NCBI GenBank assembly: GCA_009103225.1
Contig: RHPI01002161.1
Span: 264,799 to 286,362, forward strand
Direction of reading: 5' to 3'
Origin: Chlorokybus atmophyticus
Taxonomy: Eukaryota > Plantae > Mesostigma and Chlorokybus algae
DNA: 21,564 nucleotides
Shown: piece by piece, positions 10,575 to 19,879 of the stretch
Position numbering within the stretch: the first letter of the stretch is position 1
How the letters are laid out: every line of letters begins with the position of its first letter
Notes under the pieces: generated by a model
What the model saw: only the letters and a program-made list of their open reading frames with translations
Database searches by the model: none
Told to the model about the DNA's origin: nothing
Translations under genes and position numbers: made by a program

Positions 10575-10758
10575 CTCTCCAACTGATAGTCGGGTGCCGC
10601 CTGTTTAGCTGTAAGTGGCGCTGCCGCCTCCAACGCTGCCGCCGCCGGTTGGCCCGCCCGAATGTATGAGGCGCGAAAACGAAAATGAGGCGGTTTTGAA
10701 CGTCTAGAGTCCCGCACTAGAGTCGCACTTGTAGTGCGTCCTTGCTCCTATGGTTGAT

Positions 10759-10917
10759 GGTACGACTTATGCATTCGTGCCATGCATGCTTCGTACAACC
10801 ATTGTTACCAATGGTTGTGTCGTAACATTTATAGTACGACAGAGGCATCTCTCGTCCAACCCCAGCGATTGTCGTACAATGGCTCTATCGTACCATTCAT
10901 GGTACGACAGAGGCATT
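10759..10917. promoter_or_regulatory. Cluster of TCGTAC/GTACGA motifs and short inverted repeats between the divergent genes
   Basis: Six exact copies (10760, 10791, 10834, 10872, 10888, 10902) plus one variant (10820). Inverted repeats at 10795-10818 and 10888-10907. Direct repeat GTACGACAGAGGCAT x2. The regulatory role is inferred from position only. Confidence 0.55.
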
Positions 10918-11170
10918 GCTCGATCAGCCCAAATGGGAGTTAGCATGCACTCACCCAAACACGCTTCATTGATGGCCGGATGATGGCACGCAGGGGCACC
11001 AGGTCGATGACGGGTCGAATGTCAGGCTTGATGGGCCTGGGTTCGACTAGGAGGCGGAGGACCAGGAGTCGGAGGAGGCGGCGGCGGCGGCGGCGGCGGC
11101 GCACATCTTGCGAGAAGTTGTGGTCGTAAGAGTTCAAGCAGCGAAGCCAGCTACTACCGGTCGCCACGTT

Positions 11171-13411
11171 ATGGATCATGGCAGGCGTCAGCAATGGGGC
11201 TGTCCAATATGCATCACCAACATTGGACAAACCAGCAGGCAAGCCATTAAAGACCATCTTCACACAGAGAGCTGCTTGGTGGCTCGCTTTCTGCAACAGG
11301 GAGTGGATCGGGAGCTGCAGTCCTTGGAGCCCCTTGTCAGAACCATGCGGGACCAGTTGCGGCTGTGGGAACAAGCACAAAGGAATGCAGAGGTACGCTC
11401 AACAGTCACATGCATTTCCTTGCAAGAGCAATTTGTTTTTTAGCGCAGTCCATGTGATATATGTAGCGTGGCTGCAGGCCTCCACTATTCACCCATACCC
11501 ACCCTACAGTCAAGCCGAAATTGCGGAAGCAAGAGCAGATAGACAGAGCTGGGCGGCGATATGTTGTTGCCAATCTCGCTGTGCATGTTGACTGCAATGT
11601 CGGCTTCAATGCATGCCTACCTTTGCATGCTAGGATGTGCGTGAGCGTGCGAAGTTGCGCGCGCGTGCCGAACGAAGTAGGCTGGGTTTGAGCACAGGAG
11701 CGCGTGGCCATTCGTCCGGCATTCAACCAATAGTGCATCAACCAGCAATGACGCAGTCCATGCAATCATTCGTGCATCAACCAGCAATGCCGCAGGTGAC
11801 TGTTCGAAGCAACCAACTGATGACGGTGTGACGCAGTTGACTATTGCAATTGCAGTGTCGCAAGCATGCAGCTAACCCACATGTGATTATTTGACAGCAC
11901 CACAGTGCACTAGGTCCTGTTGGAGCTCCTATGCAAGCCTGGATTCAATCCCATCTACTGGTCCTTCAATCCCACTTGGTGATGGGCGCGACGGCAATGC
12001 GGCATCAGAAAAATATGCATGTTGGCCTGTTGAATCCCGACATGTCCATTGGGGCAGTGGCGCATGATGTGCCCATGGCTCACGAGCTCCGTGACGAGTC
12101 TGCCATCGAGGGTGGCGGGGAGAGTGCAGCCAATACCACCTTGTCAGCCCCCATGGCTTCCCCTGCTCCATGCAGCCCACGGGCCATTGTGGTAAGTCGT
12201 TGTCTTTTATGCTCGTGCCTTGGTAGCAATGCGTTAGGCACTGCATAAGCTTATATTCGTCCTTTGCAACATTGTGAGCCATCTTATCCTGGGTCCTGTA
12301 TACAGCCCCCCTTGCTGCATGCACAAGTGGTCTCACCTGCAGCTCCTGCTCCCCTCCCAGCCAAAGCGCAACCACCTTCCGCGGCACCAGTCCTTCATGC
12401 ACTGCCATCTCCTCCACGAGCAGCACCGGTAATTGCAGGGCAACAATCCTTCTTGCCGCCACCGGCGAGACCATAGCACAATGCAACAACCGATGTGGCT
12501 TCTGCACCTACCTTACCCCACCCGCTGCAAGTTGAAGCCGGCAGTCTACCCCAAACTCAGGTACTTTATCAGTCACTGTGACTCTCAGAGGTAGTGCCGT
12601 TCACAGTTGGACACACCATGTGAGTGCTGTATGCGCATGCAGCAGGGGTCACCACCTGCCAGCGAGTCATCTGAGGAGCTGGCCGCAACCCGCATACGGC
12701 CATCAGTCATGCTAGGTGGCCAGCTCGCCTCATGGGACCACTTCAATGCGCCAACGGATGGTAATTGCTTCTACCATTGTGTATTTCGCGCCAGGCCATC
12801 CATAGCGCAAAGTGTCCAGGATGATCACAAGTGCCCCAGCTCGAGCAGATTTTGGGCCATGCTGGACACTATGGACGACGACGGCAGGGGGCACACTCTC
12901 CGTAAAATCACCGCCAAGGCTGTCCATGCAGGCGTGGCGAGCAAAATCCTAGACTTCTGCAGAGCCACTGGTGCCGCGAGAGAGATGGCGCAGTATTACG
13001 ACAAACTGCCTGCGACCATGTTGGCTGATATCAACTGCAACATTGACCTAGCCATAGCCAAGGTGCGACAGATCGTGCGGAGAAAAGATGTGTACGTCGA
13101 GCACCTGCAGATGACCATGTTTGCCAACAAGCTGGGCTTGTTCATTGGCTGCGTGACCGTTCAGCGCGAGCATGGGGAGTGGATGCCACGGCCCGGCAGC
13201 GCAGTTTGGGTTGAAATAAAGAAGCCCCCAACTCAGTCCTGGTGGTGGGCAACACTGCTCCTGATGAGCCAGAAGCACACTTTTGGCTGCTCAAGCCTGC
13301 AAGCACCGAACAGTGGTCGTGGCCTATGCATAAAGTGCCACCGGAGGTAACACACCTAATCGGAGAGTGGCGGAATGGCGTTGCCAAATCCCCGCTACCA
13401 CCGGCTGTGAC
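11171..13411 (+). pseudogene. 5' part of a spliced gene with a Zn-finger-like motif, Pro-rich linker and OTU-like cysteine protease motif; interrupted by the Gypsy element
   Basis: Phase-0 exons ..-11392, 11634-11795, 11898-12191, 12306-12560 and 12643-13411. WGCPIC-x14-HLHTESC at 11201-11275. APTDGNCFYHC (D 12757, C 12766) and ..SVLVVGN..EAHFWLL (H 13278) after a -1 shift near the C5 run at 13225-13229. TAG at 12474. The start is uncertain: the first in-frame ATG is 11171, and an acidic reading extends up to about 10982 through a TAG at 11048. Confidence 0.72.
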
Positions 13412-13750
13412 TGTCAGGAGAGAGGGTGTGCCCCTCCTCCCTTTAATCCCCTACCCCAACACCACCACCAGCCTCGCCGCCGCCGCCGCCACTGCCGGGG
13501 CAGTTGCCAGAGCAAAAGATGCTCTGGCTATAGCGGCCGCTGCGTTAGCAGCGCCGCCATGCAGCTGATATCCACATGAGACTCATGTCTCATGTCGATA
13601 TCAGTGTTATAGTTAAGTAACACTACATTAGGGCCTTAACACTAGGTTAACGGCCCTAATAAGGCTTAATAGGCTGTATAATCCCGTTGGGACCCTTATT
13701 TAATCCTAAATAAGGGCGGGGAACCTCTATGGAGGTAGCACACCGTTACA
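13412..13750 (-). repeat. Gypsy 3' LTR
   Basis: Matches 19880-20218 except 13532 A/20000 G and 13573 C/20041 A. Confidence 0.98.
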
Positions 13751-13760
13751 TTCCCCCCCA
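13751..13760 (-). other. Polypurine tract
   Basis: The minus strand reads TGGGGGGGAA immediately before the 3' LTR. Confidence 0.9.
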
Positions 13761-13872
13761 CTTAGGTTTCAATGTCCTCATTGAAGGGTTAGCAAAGCCC
13801 CATCACGAGTCACAAAACGAAAGCAGTGAGAGAACCAGGGCCGAAGCGGTAAAGATGTCTGCCAGCACCCTT

Positions 13873-14958
13873 TTACCGTTCGCGTGTGGACACAGTACTC
13901 CAGTACCCCCGAAGAACCTCTTGGCAGTTGGTAAGATTCCTTTCGGGCTCCCATGTATTGTGTTCAACACCATACCCTTTCCATTTCACCAAGTAGGACG
14001 GCGCGCGTCCGCGTCGAGGCTTACGGTGACTTAGGATTGCTTCCACCTCATACTCAAATGTATTGTCACCATCCACTGCGACTGGGGGTGGAGGAGGTTG
14101 AACCCGACCGTCTGATCGGTACGGTTTCAGTACACTCACATGAAACACATTGTGAATTCGTATCGACATTGGTAAATCCAAACGATACGCGTGAGTGCCG
14201 ACCCGATCAATCACTTTGAAAGGGCCTATCCAACGAGGGAAAAATTTACGGGTACCCACTCCCTTGATGGATATATTTTTGGTACTCAAAAGTACTGAAC
14301 AGCCCACATCGTAGCTGGCCTCCCTACGATGCGCATCAGCATGGGCTTTTTGTCTATCTTGCGCTGCGCGCAGACAGTGCTTTGCCAACGCTAACCTATC
14401 CTGCATGGCCGAAGCCATCTCGCGCGCTGCAGGTACGCGAGTTATATCGGTTGCGGGCAATTTTAAATTCGCAGGACTCAGTGGATGCACGCCGTAATTT
14501 AAAAAGAACGGCGTTTCCTGCACACTCTCTTGCCAAGCATTGTTGATCGCAAACTCAGCCATTGGAAGATAAATATCCCAATCAGACTGATTTGGACTCA
14601 CATAATGCCGAATGGTTTCTTCAATCACTAGATTGGCGCGCTCTGTTTGCCCATCCGTTTGTGGATGATAAGCTGTGCTCATATTCTGCTGAATGCGTAA
14701 GAAGCTGCATAGCGACTTCCAAAACTGAGCCACAAATCGCGGATCGCGATCTGACACGAAGTTGCGGGGCAAGCCATGCAACTTGAACACAGACGCGACA
14801 AAAACCATCGCCAACTCACGGGAGCCTATCTCCGTGCGACAAGGGACAATGTGGACCATTTTTGTTAAACGATCCACGAAAACTGCAACCGCAGTGTGAC
14901 CTAATGCTGTCTCTGGGAGCTCAGTAATTAAGTCCATACTCACACTTTCCCATTTGAG
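13873..14958 (-). CDS. pol: Integrase core, GPY/F motif and chromodomain; out of frame with the upstream pol
   Basis: KWESVSMDLITELP..VSDRDPRF..HPQTDGQTERAN (DDE); RWIGPFKV; YEVEAIL..YLVKWKGYGVEHNTWEPERNL (chromodomain with its aromatic residues intact). Confidence 0.93.
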   Translation of the reverse strand, partial: LKWESVSMDLITELPETALGHTAVAVFVDRLTKMVHIVPCRTEIGSRELAMVFVASVFKLHGLPRNFVSDRDPRFVAQFWKSLCSFLRIQQNMSTAYHPQTDGQTERANLVIEETIRHYVSPNQSDWDIYLPMAEFAINNAWQESVQETPFFLNYGVHPLSPANLKLPATDITRVPAAREMASAMQDRLALAKHCLRAAQDRQKAHADAHRREASYDVGCSVLLSTKNISIKGVGTRKFFPRWIGPFKVIDRVGTHAYRLDLPMSIRIHNVFHVSVLKPYRSDGRVQPPPPPVAVDGDNTFEYEVEAILSHRKPRRGRAPSYLVKWKGYGVEHNTWEPERNLTNCQEVLRGYWSTVSTRER

Positions 14959-17612
14959 ACAGCATTCTGACGTAACGGCTTGTCACGCTGACATTTGTCA
15001 CAGGTGTCAACATAACGCTTTACGTCAACAGGCAACGATGGCCACCAGTACAGCTGTTGCGCTGCCTTGGTAGTCTTGCGATTTCCAAAGTGCCCAGCGT
15101 ACGGTGGGTCGTGTACATCAGCTATGCATTGCATGCGTAGCCCAGCATGGTCAGGTATCACCAAGCTAGCACCCATATAATACAAGTTGTCTCGTGCTTC
15201 AAGCTGTTGTATATTCTCTTGCCGTGAGAACCATGGGTCTAAGGAATACCCATGCAAAACAGATTGCACAAATGCATCATTAGCGGGCAATGTAACTTGC
15301 GTCGCAAGCAATTGCGCACGCATAACTGCCAATAATGACGGACAGCGACTTAAAGGATCTGCCACATTAGTTCTGCCAGGCCGATATACCCATTCAAAAG
15401 TAAATCGCGACAGAAACTCATTCCAGCGAGCTTGCCTACGTGACAAGGTTAGCTGCGTTGAGAAGTATACTAATGGGTTGTGATCAGTCACCACTGTGAA
15501 CTGAACTCCCTCTAAGTAACATCGCCAAGTTTCGAGAGCATGTACGACACCAAGCAACTCTTGCTCAGTAGTAGTGTAGTTTACCTCCGCTGGGATAAAC
15601 TTCCTACTTTCATAAGCACATGGTCTGCCGTCTTGCAGTAGTACTGCACCACACCCAAGGGTGGAAGCATCACTGACCACAGTGAAATGTTTATCCCAAT
15701 TTGGCAATGCCAATACTGGAGCTGAAGTTAATGCTAACTTCACTTGTTGCATAGCAGCTTCTTGGTCTGACGTCCAAGAAAATGGCGCGTCCTTTCGCAA
15801 CAATTTAGTCAAGGGCATTACAACTGTAGAATAACCCATCATAAATTTGCGAAAATAATTTGCCAATCCCAAAAATGATCTCAGTTGATGAATATTTTTG
15901 GGTTGAGGCCAATTCTTGACAACTTGCACCTTGCGAGGGTCAGGCTTTACACCCGCACCACTCACAACATGTCCCAAGAATGGTAACTCCGATTTGCAAA
16001 AGTCACATTTTGCAAGGCTGGCAAATAAATGATGCTTCCGCAACAAAGTAAACACCGCTTCTAAGTGTTGCTTATGTTCCTCTTTGGTTTTACTAAAGAC
16101 AATAATGTCATCCAAGTAAACCATAACATACTTGCCAAGTATATTACCGAAAATTTTATTCATTTCCTTCTGAAACACAGCAGGCGCATTCGTCAATCCA
16201 AAGGGTAGCACTTTGTATTGATAATGGCCCGAAGGTGTTCTGAAAGCTGTCTTATAGACATCAGCGGAATGAATTCGGATCTGATGATATCCACTTGTCA
16301 GGTCTAATGTACTGAAGTATGCATTACCTGATAGTTTATCAAACACGTCATCAATCCGTGGCAACGGGTATCGATTTTTCACCGTGATTTTGTTTAAAGC
16401 ACGATAGTCCACACACATGCGCAATTTTCCATTCTTTTTCATCACAAATAGGATGGGTGCGCCAAAGGGTGAAGAACTTGGTTCAATCAATCCTTTTTCC
16501 AATAACTCCTTGATTTGTGTTTCCATTTCCCCCCTTTCTCTAGGGCTTAGCCTATATATTGGCCGAAAAGGAGGATCACTATCAGGAATTAATGGTATAG
16601 TGTGTCCGACACCTCGGTCAGGAGGCAAGCCCGGCAACTCATCTGAGAACACATCTTGATATTCCTCAATGAGGTCTGCCACACCTTCAGTACTACCCGG
16701 CGCAATGTCATCTGATGAAGACAAATGTACCAGAAAAGCCGGTGTGTTTTTGCGCAACGCACGTTTCACCTGTAGTGCCGTGAGTAACGCAGGGTCGGGT
16801 TGCTTGAATTCCAAGCTATGCGACCCTTTCACAGACAATGTAATCCGCTTACCGCCTTTCTTTACTGTGCACAAGCGTGCACCCGTATCCAATGTCATTG
16901 TGACATTATTTTGCCATTCTTGGCCTAGTACCACATCAACACCAGATATGTTGATTGCTACTACTATAAAGGCAAGATTGGCATAATAATTACCAATTTT
17001 AACCTTCAATTTTACTTCTCCCGTCACTGGCAATGTACCCCCAGCACCGGCAGCCGAAAATGCTGAGGGTTTGCGCATGATTTTATTGCGCGCAACCCAT
17101 TGCTCGTCCACGAAGTTGTGTGTCGCACCAGTGTCAATCAAAAACGAGCTATTCACACCTTGCATTGTGCCACTGAATGTCCACAACAAAGGTACCACTC
17201 GTCCTTGAAAGGTAGCCAAGAATCCGTGACTAATGCGGGGGTTGATTAATATTGCTGATAATCGAATTGTCCCAGTCTCGCGCTTGGTGAATTGTTTTAA
17301 AACAGTACCCCCTCGAGTATACTTCAACCATGGGCCATGATATTTTGGCACCATTGCTACCACACTCAGGGATCTGTGTTTACATTGCAATTCACTCAAT
17401 GTGTGCAACACGTCGGTAAGCATGTTAAATTTCACATGTACCAGTACACAAGTATTTGCTTCCACTGTTGCAACATCAAACAGTGGTAACTTGTGATGTG
17501 TTTGCCATGCATGCGTCATTACATGCATTTGAGACAGATTATCAAACCAGTTAACTGCTTGTATCTCAAGCAACTGACTATCAACCTTTGCTACATCAGC
17601 CACAGCGTAATC
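14940..17612 (-). CDS. pol: Pol: extra N-terminal domain, aspartic protease, RT, RNase H and integrase Zn finger
   Basis: FLIDTGATHNF (PR); LRMCVDYRALN, LPFGLTNAP, YLDDII (RT); VVSDAS, TEQELLG, TDHNPL, ADPLSR (RH); HDPPYAGH..CDKC (IN HHCC). It begins in frame right after the gag TAG. Confidence 0.96.
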   Translation of the reverse strand, partial: DYAVADVAKVDSQLLEIQAVNWFDNLSQMHVMTHAWQTHHKLPLFDVATVEANTCVLVHVKFNMLTDVLHTLSELQCKHRSLSVVAMVPKYHGPWLKYTRGGTVLKQFTKRETGTIRLSAILINPRISHGFLATFQGRVVPLLWTFSGTMQGVNSSFLIDTGATHNFVDEQWVARNKIMRKPSAFSAAGAGGTLPVTGEVKLKVKIGNYYANLAFIVVAINISGVDVVLGQEWQNNVTMTLDTGARLCTVKKGGKRITLSVKGSHSLEFKQPDPALLTALQVKRALRKNTPAFLVHLSSSDDIAPGSTEGVADLIEEYQDVFSDELPGLPPDRGVGHTIPLIPDSDPPFRPIYRLSPRERGEMETQIKELLEKGLIEPSSSPFGAPILFVMKKNGKLRMCVDYRALNKITVKNRYPLPRIDDVFDKLSGNAYFSTLDLTSGYHQIRIHSADVYKTAFRTPSGHYQYKVLPFGLTNAPAVFQKEMNKIFGNILGKYVMVYLDDIIVFSKTKEEHKQHLEAVFTLLRKHHLFASLAKCDFCKSELPFLGHVVSGAGVKPDPRKVQVVKNWPQPKNIHQLRSFLGLANYFRKFMMGYSTVVMPLTKLLRKDAPFSWTSDQEAAMQQVKLALTSAPVLALPNWDKHFTVVSDASTLGCGAVLLQDGRPCAYESRKFIPAEVNYTTTEQELLGVVHALETWRCYLEGVQFTVVTDHNPLVYFSTQLTLSRRQARWNEFLSRFTFEWVYRPGRTNVADPLSRCPSLLAVMRAQLLATQVTLPANDAFVQSVLHGYSLDPWFSRQENIQQLEARDNLYYMGASLVIPDHAGLRMQCIADVHDPPYAGHFGNRKTTKAAQQLYWWPSLPVDVKRYVDTCDKCQRDKPLRQNAVSNGKV

Positions 17613-19079
17613 CTATTCAACCTTCTTGGCTTTGCCCTTCGCCTTCGTAGGACAGGCCTTTGCAACGTGACCCGGCTGATGGCAGATGAAACAGGTGCGA
17701 GCTGCAGTAGGTGCATTACCAGCAGACGTACCACCAATTCGAGGAGCGAATGTCTTCGCTTTCTTCGCCACATGTACACTCGGCGGAGGATAGCGCTTTA
17801 TTCCCCCCCCTTGCGGCTTGGCCATAGCTGTCACGTTCGACTTTTCCTGCACGACCGTGTCATCATTGTACAGGTAAACACTTAGCTTTTGCAGCTTGGC
17901 CAAGTCATCAGGAACCCAAGGAAGCCCCGTTGCAGTGTTGTACTGCAGCTGATCGCGAACACGCGCATCCAAGCCACGCTTGTACAACTCGAACTGCTCA
18001 GCTTTGTCCATAGGCATCAGGCCGCTATTGGCACGACCAACTAATGCTTGGAACTCCTGCAGATACACTGATGCTGCTCGACCATTCTGTCGCAACTTGC
18101 TAAGTTTGTTACGAGCCTGAGTAGCCGGATCCATGCCACCATAGCGCTCCATCAGAAACTGAAACAGTGCTGGTACTGTCTTCACAGCGCCATGCTCTGT
18201 TTGTCGTGCCCACTCGGCGAGAGCATCAGATGGCATAAGCAACTCAGCAACGGCAACGTGCTCACCCACCGGGCGCTTTAGCGCTGTCAGGTAATGTTCG
18301 ACAGTCACCACCCAATCATGGATACTTACACTACCGTTAGGCTTGAACTTTTCAGGTTTGTTCAATGCCGTAACCGGCAGCCCCACTGATGCGCCAACTG
18401 ATGAAGCAGCACCCGCTACTTGCTGACGCAGCGCCATCAACTCAGATTGCATCGCATCGAGGCGTGCCTCCAACTTCACTCGGCCAGCCAACTTATTTTC
18501 CAAGTTAGGTCCCAAGTACCAGAACACATCCTTGCAACGCTGCTGCGTTTCAACCATCAAGTTGGCTAAGGCCTCAAACGCCATCCGCTTCCCTTCGTAT
18601 GGGAGCGGCCTATCGTAGACGGCCATCAGAGCAGCCACTTTTGGATCACCACGCACGAGTGGCGGAACATTGTTCGTCAACTCGTGCTCAATCATGCGGA
18701 TCACCATCTCCTTACTAGTGCGAGGGAGAGTGGCAAAATCTGTTTCATAGCCATTACGAACCTTCTGCGCCCATGCATCCCACACTTCTTGACGAAGCTG
18801 CGGGTGGGCGTCAAGTAAAGTCTTGCGCTCGCGCGCATACTTTTCAATGGCTCCGCCAATGACACTCGGTGTGTCCATTACAGCTGGCTCACTGTGGGTA
18901 GACAGGTCGGGGGAAGCTTCGCTATCTTGCTTAGCCTCTTCTTCCTTGTCACTGTCAGTGAGCTTATAGCTCTCACTCGTGTCCGAGTCCCTCACTTTGT
19001 CATCACTGGATGGCTCATATGAGGATGATGAATCAGGGACGGTGAAGTACTTTTCACCTCCCTCTCCTTGGTCAGACAT
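17613..19079 (-). CDS. gag: Gag, 488 aa from ATG 19079
   Basis: Capsid-like KPEKFKPNGSVSIHDWVVTVEHYL..ARNKLSKLRQNG..SVYLQEF; zinc knuckle CFICHQPGHVAKAC; basic tail; TAG at 17615-17613. Confidence 0.93.
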   Translation of the reverse strand: MSDQGEGGEKYFTVPDSSSSYEPSSDDKVRDSDTSESYKLTDSDKEEEAKQDSEASPDLSTHSEPAVMDTPSVIGGAIEKYARERKTLLDAHPQLRQEVWDAWAQKVRNGYETDFATLPRTSKEMVIRMIEHELTNNVPPLVRGDPKVAALMAVYDRPLPYEGKRMAFEALANLMVETQQRCKDVFWYLGPNLENKLAGRVKLEARLDAMQSELMALRQQVAGAASSVGASVGLPVTALNKPEKFKPNGSVSIHDWVVTVEHYLTALKRPVGEHVAVAELLMPSDALAEWARQTEHGAVKTVPALFQFLMERYGGMDPATQARNKLSKLRQNGRAASVYLQEFQALVGRANSGLMPMDKAEQFELYKRGLDARVRDQLQYNTATGLPWVPDDLAKLQKLSVYLYNDDTVVQEKSNVTAMAKPQGGGIKRYPPPSVHVAKKAKTFAPRIGGTSAGNAPTAARTCFICHQPGHVAKACPTKAKGKAKKVE

Positions 19080-19688
19080 CTGCCCAAGGATAACACTGTT
19101 CAAATAGTGCACAAACACGGAAAGTTGTGCACTATGAAAACGTCGAATACTAGTGATTTTGTCCTGTCAAGTTTGGAGGGGTAAACGTGGAGTATTCAGC
19201 CCAAACAAGAGCTCTCCACACACCTCTCAACTAGACAATCACTGTGCAACAAACCGCACGCGAATGCACGCGACGGCTCACGAGCTATGGCTGCTCAAAG
19301 TTTTCACTTTGTACAACCCAGCTCAACTTACAATCACAATTGACACCCAAAGTGCCAAAATCTCGTTGAATCAGCCCTACAGGCCGATATCGACAAGTTG
19401 TGAGTTGTGAGTTTGATATCGACCGCACAGAAAAATTCTGGCGGCCTCACCGCACTGACTGGCGGTACCGAGACAGTCGATGTTGCCACCGAACTGCCCC
19501 CAAGGGAATTTATCCAAAAAAATAGATAAAAAGCCCTTCACCACCACGAATCCACGTGGTGGTTAGCACACAAAGATTATAGTAAACAATATATGATTAC
19601 TATGTTATGTGCTTGGATGCAATGCTTCAGGGAGGGGCCTGGATGGCCGCCCCCCTTCACACAATAACAACTAAACTAGGACAAGTTA

Positions 19689-19736
19689 GGCATGGCATGG
19701 CATGGCATGCATAGGCTAGGCTAGGCTAGGCTAGGC
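19689..19736. repeat. (GGCAT)4 followed by (AGGCT)4 pentamer repeats in the Gypsy leader
   Basis: Read directly from the sequence. Confidence 0.85.
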
Positions 19737-19866
19737 ACCAGCAGCAGCGTTTAACTACAACAGTTAAACCACACAAAACATTTAACTACCGCTAGTTTGC
19801 CGCCGCAGTGCCGCCTGCCGACGCAGTGCCTGCCGCCGCCCCTGCCACAGGCCCCTTGCCGCCCGT

Positions 19867-19878
19867 GCTCCGATACCA
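19867..19878 (-). other. Primer-binding site for the 3' end of tRNA iMet
   Basis: TGGTATCGGAGC, 1 nt after the 5' LTR. It differs from the common plant TGGTATCAGAGC by one A>G, which could pair as G:U. Confidence 0.88.
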
Positions 19879-19879
19879 A

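Noticed and set aside
11929-12507. 192-aa minus ORF and 146-aa minus ORF at 10940-11380
   Set aside because: Antisense to exons and introns of the plus-strand gene model, whose splice phases are fully consistent.
8151-13641. Shared GGCCTTAACA between the 53-bp array and the Gypsy LTR
   Set aside because: Only 10 nt with no flanking similarity, so probably chance.
14940-14990. Programmed -1 frameshift between RNase H/Zn finger and integrase core
   Set aside because: No X XXY YYZ slippery site in the short open overlap, and conserved linker residues are absent in both frames.
10119-17615. Nuclear TAG reassignment (in-frame TAGs at 10121-10119, 11048, 12474 and 17615-17613)
   Set aside because: About 2300 codons of intact retroelement ORFs contain only one internal TAG, and TAG also ends the minus gene at 8757. 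CAG>TAG transitions explain the rest. Codon usage at conserved Gln/Leu sites genome-wide would settle it.
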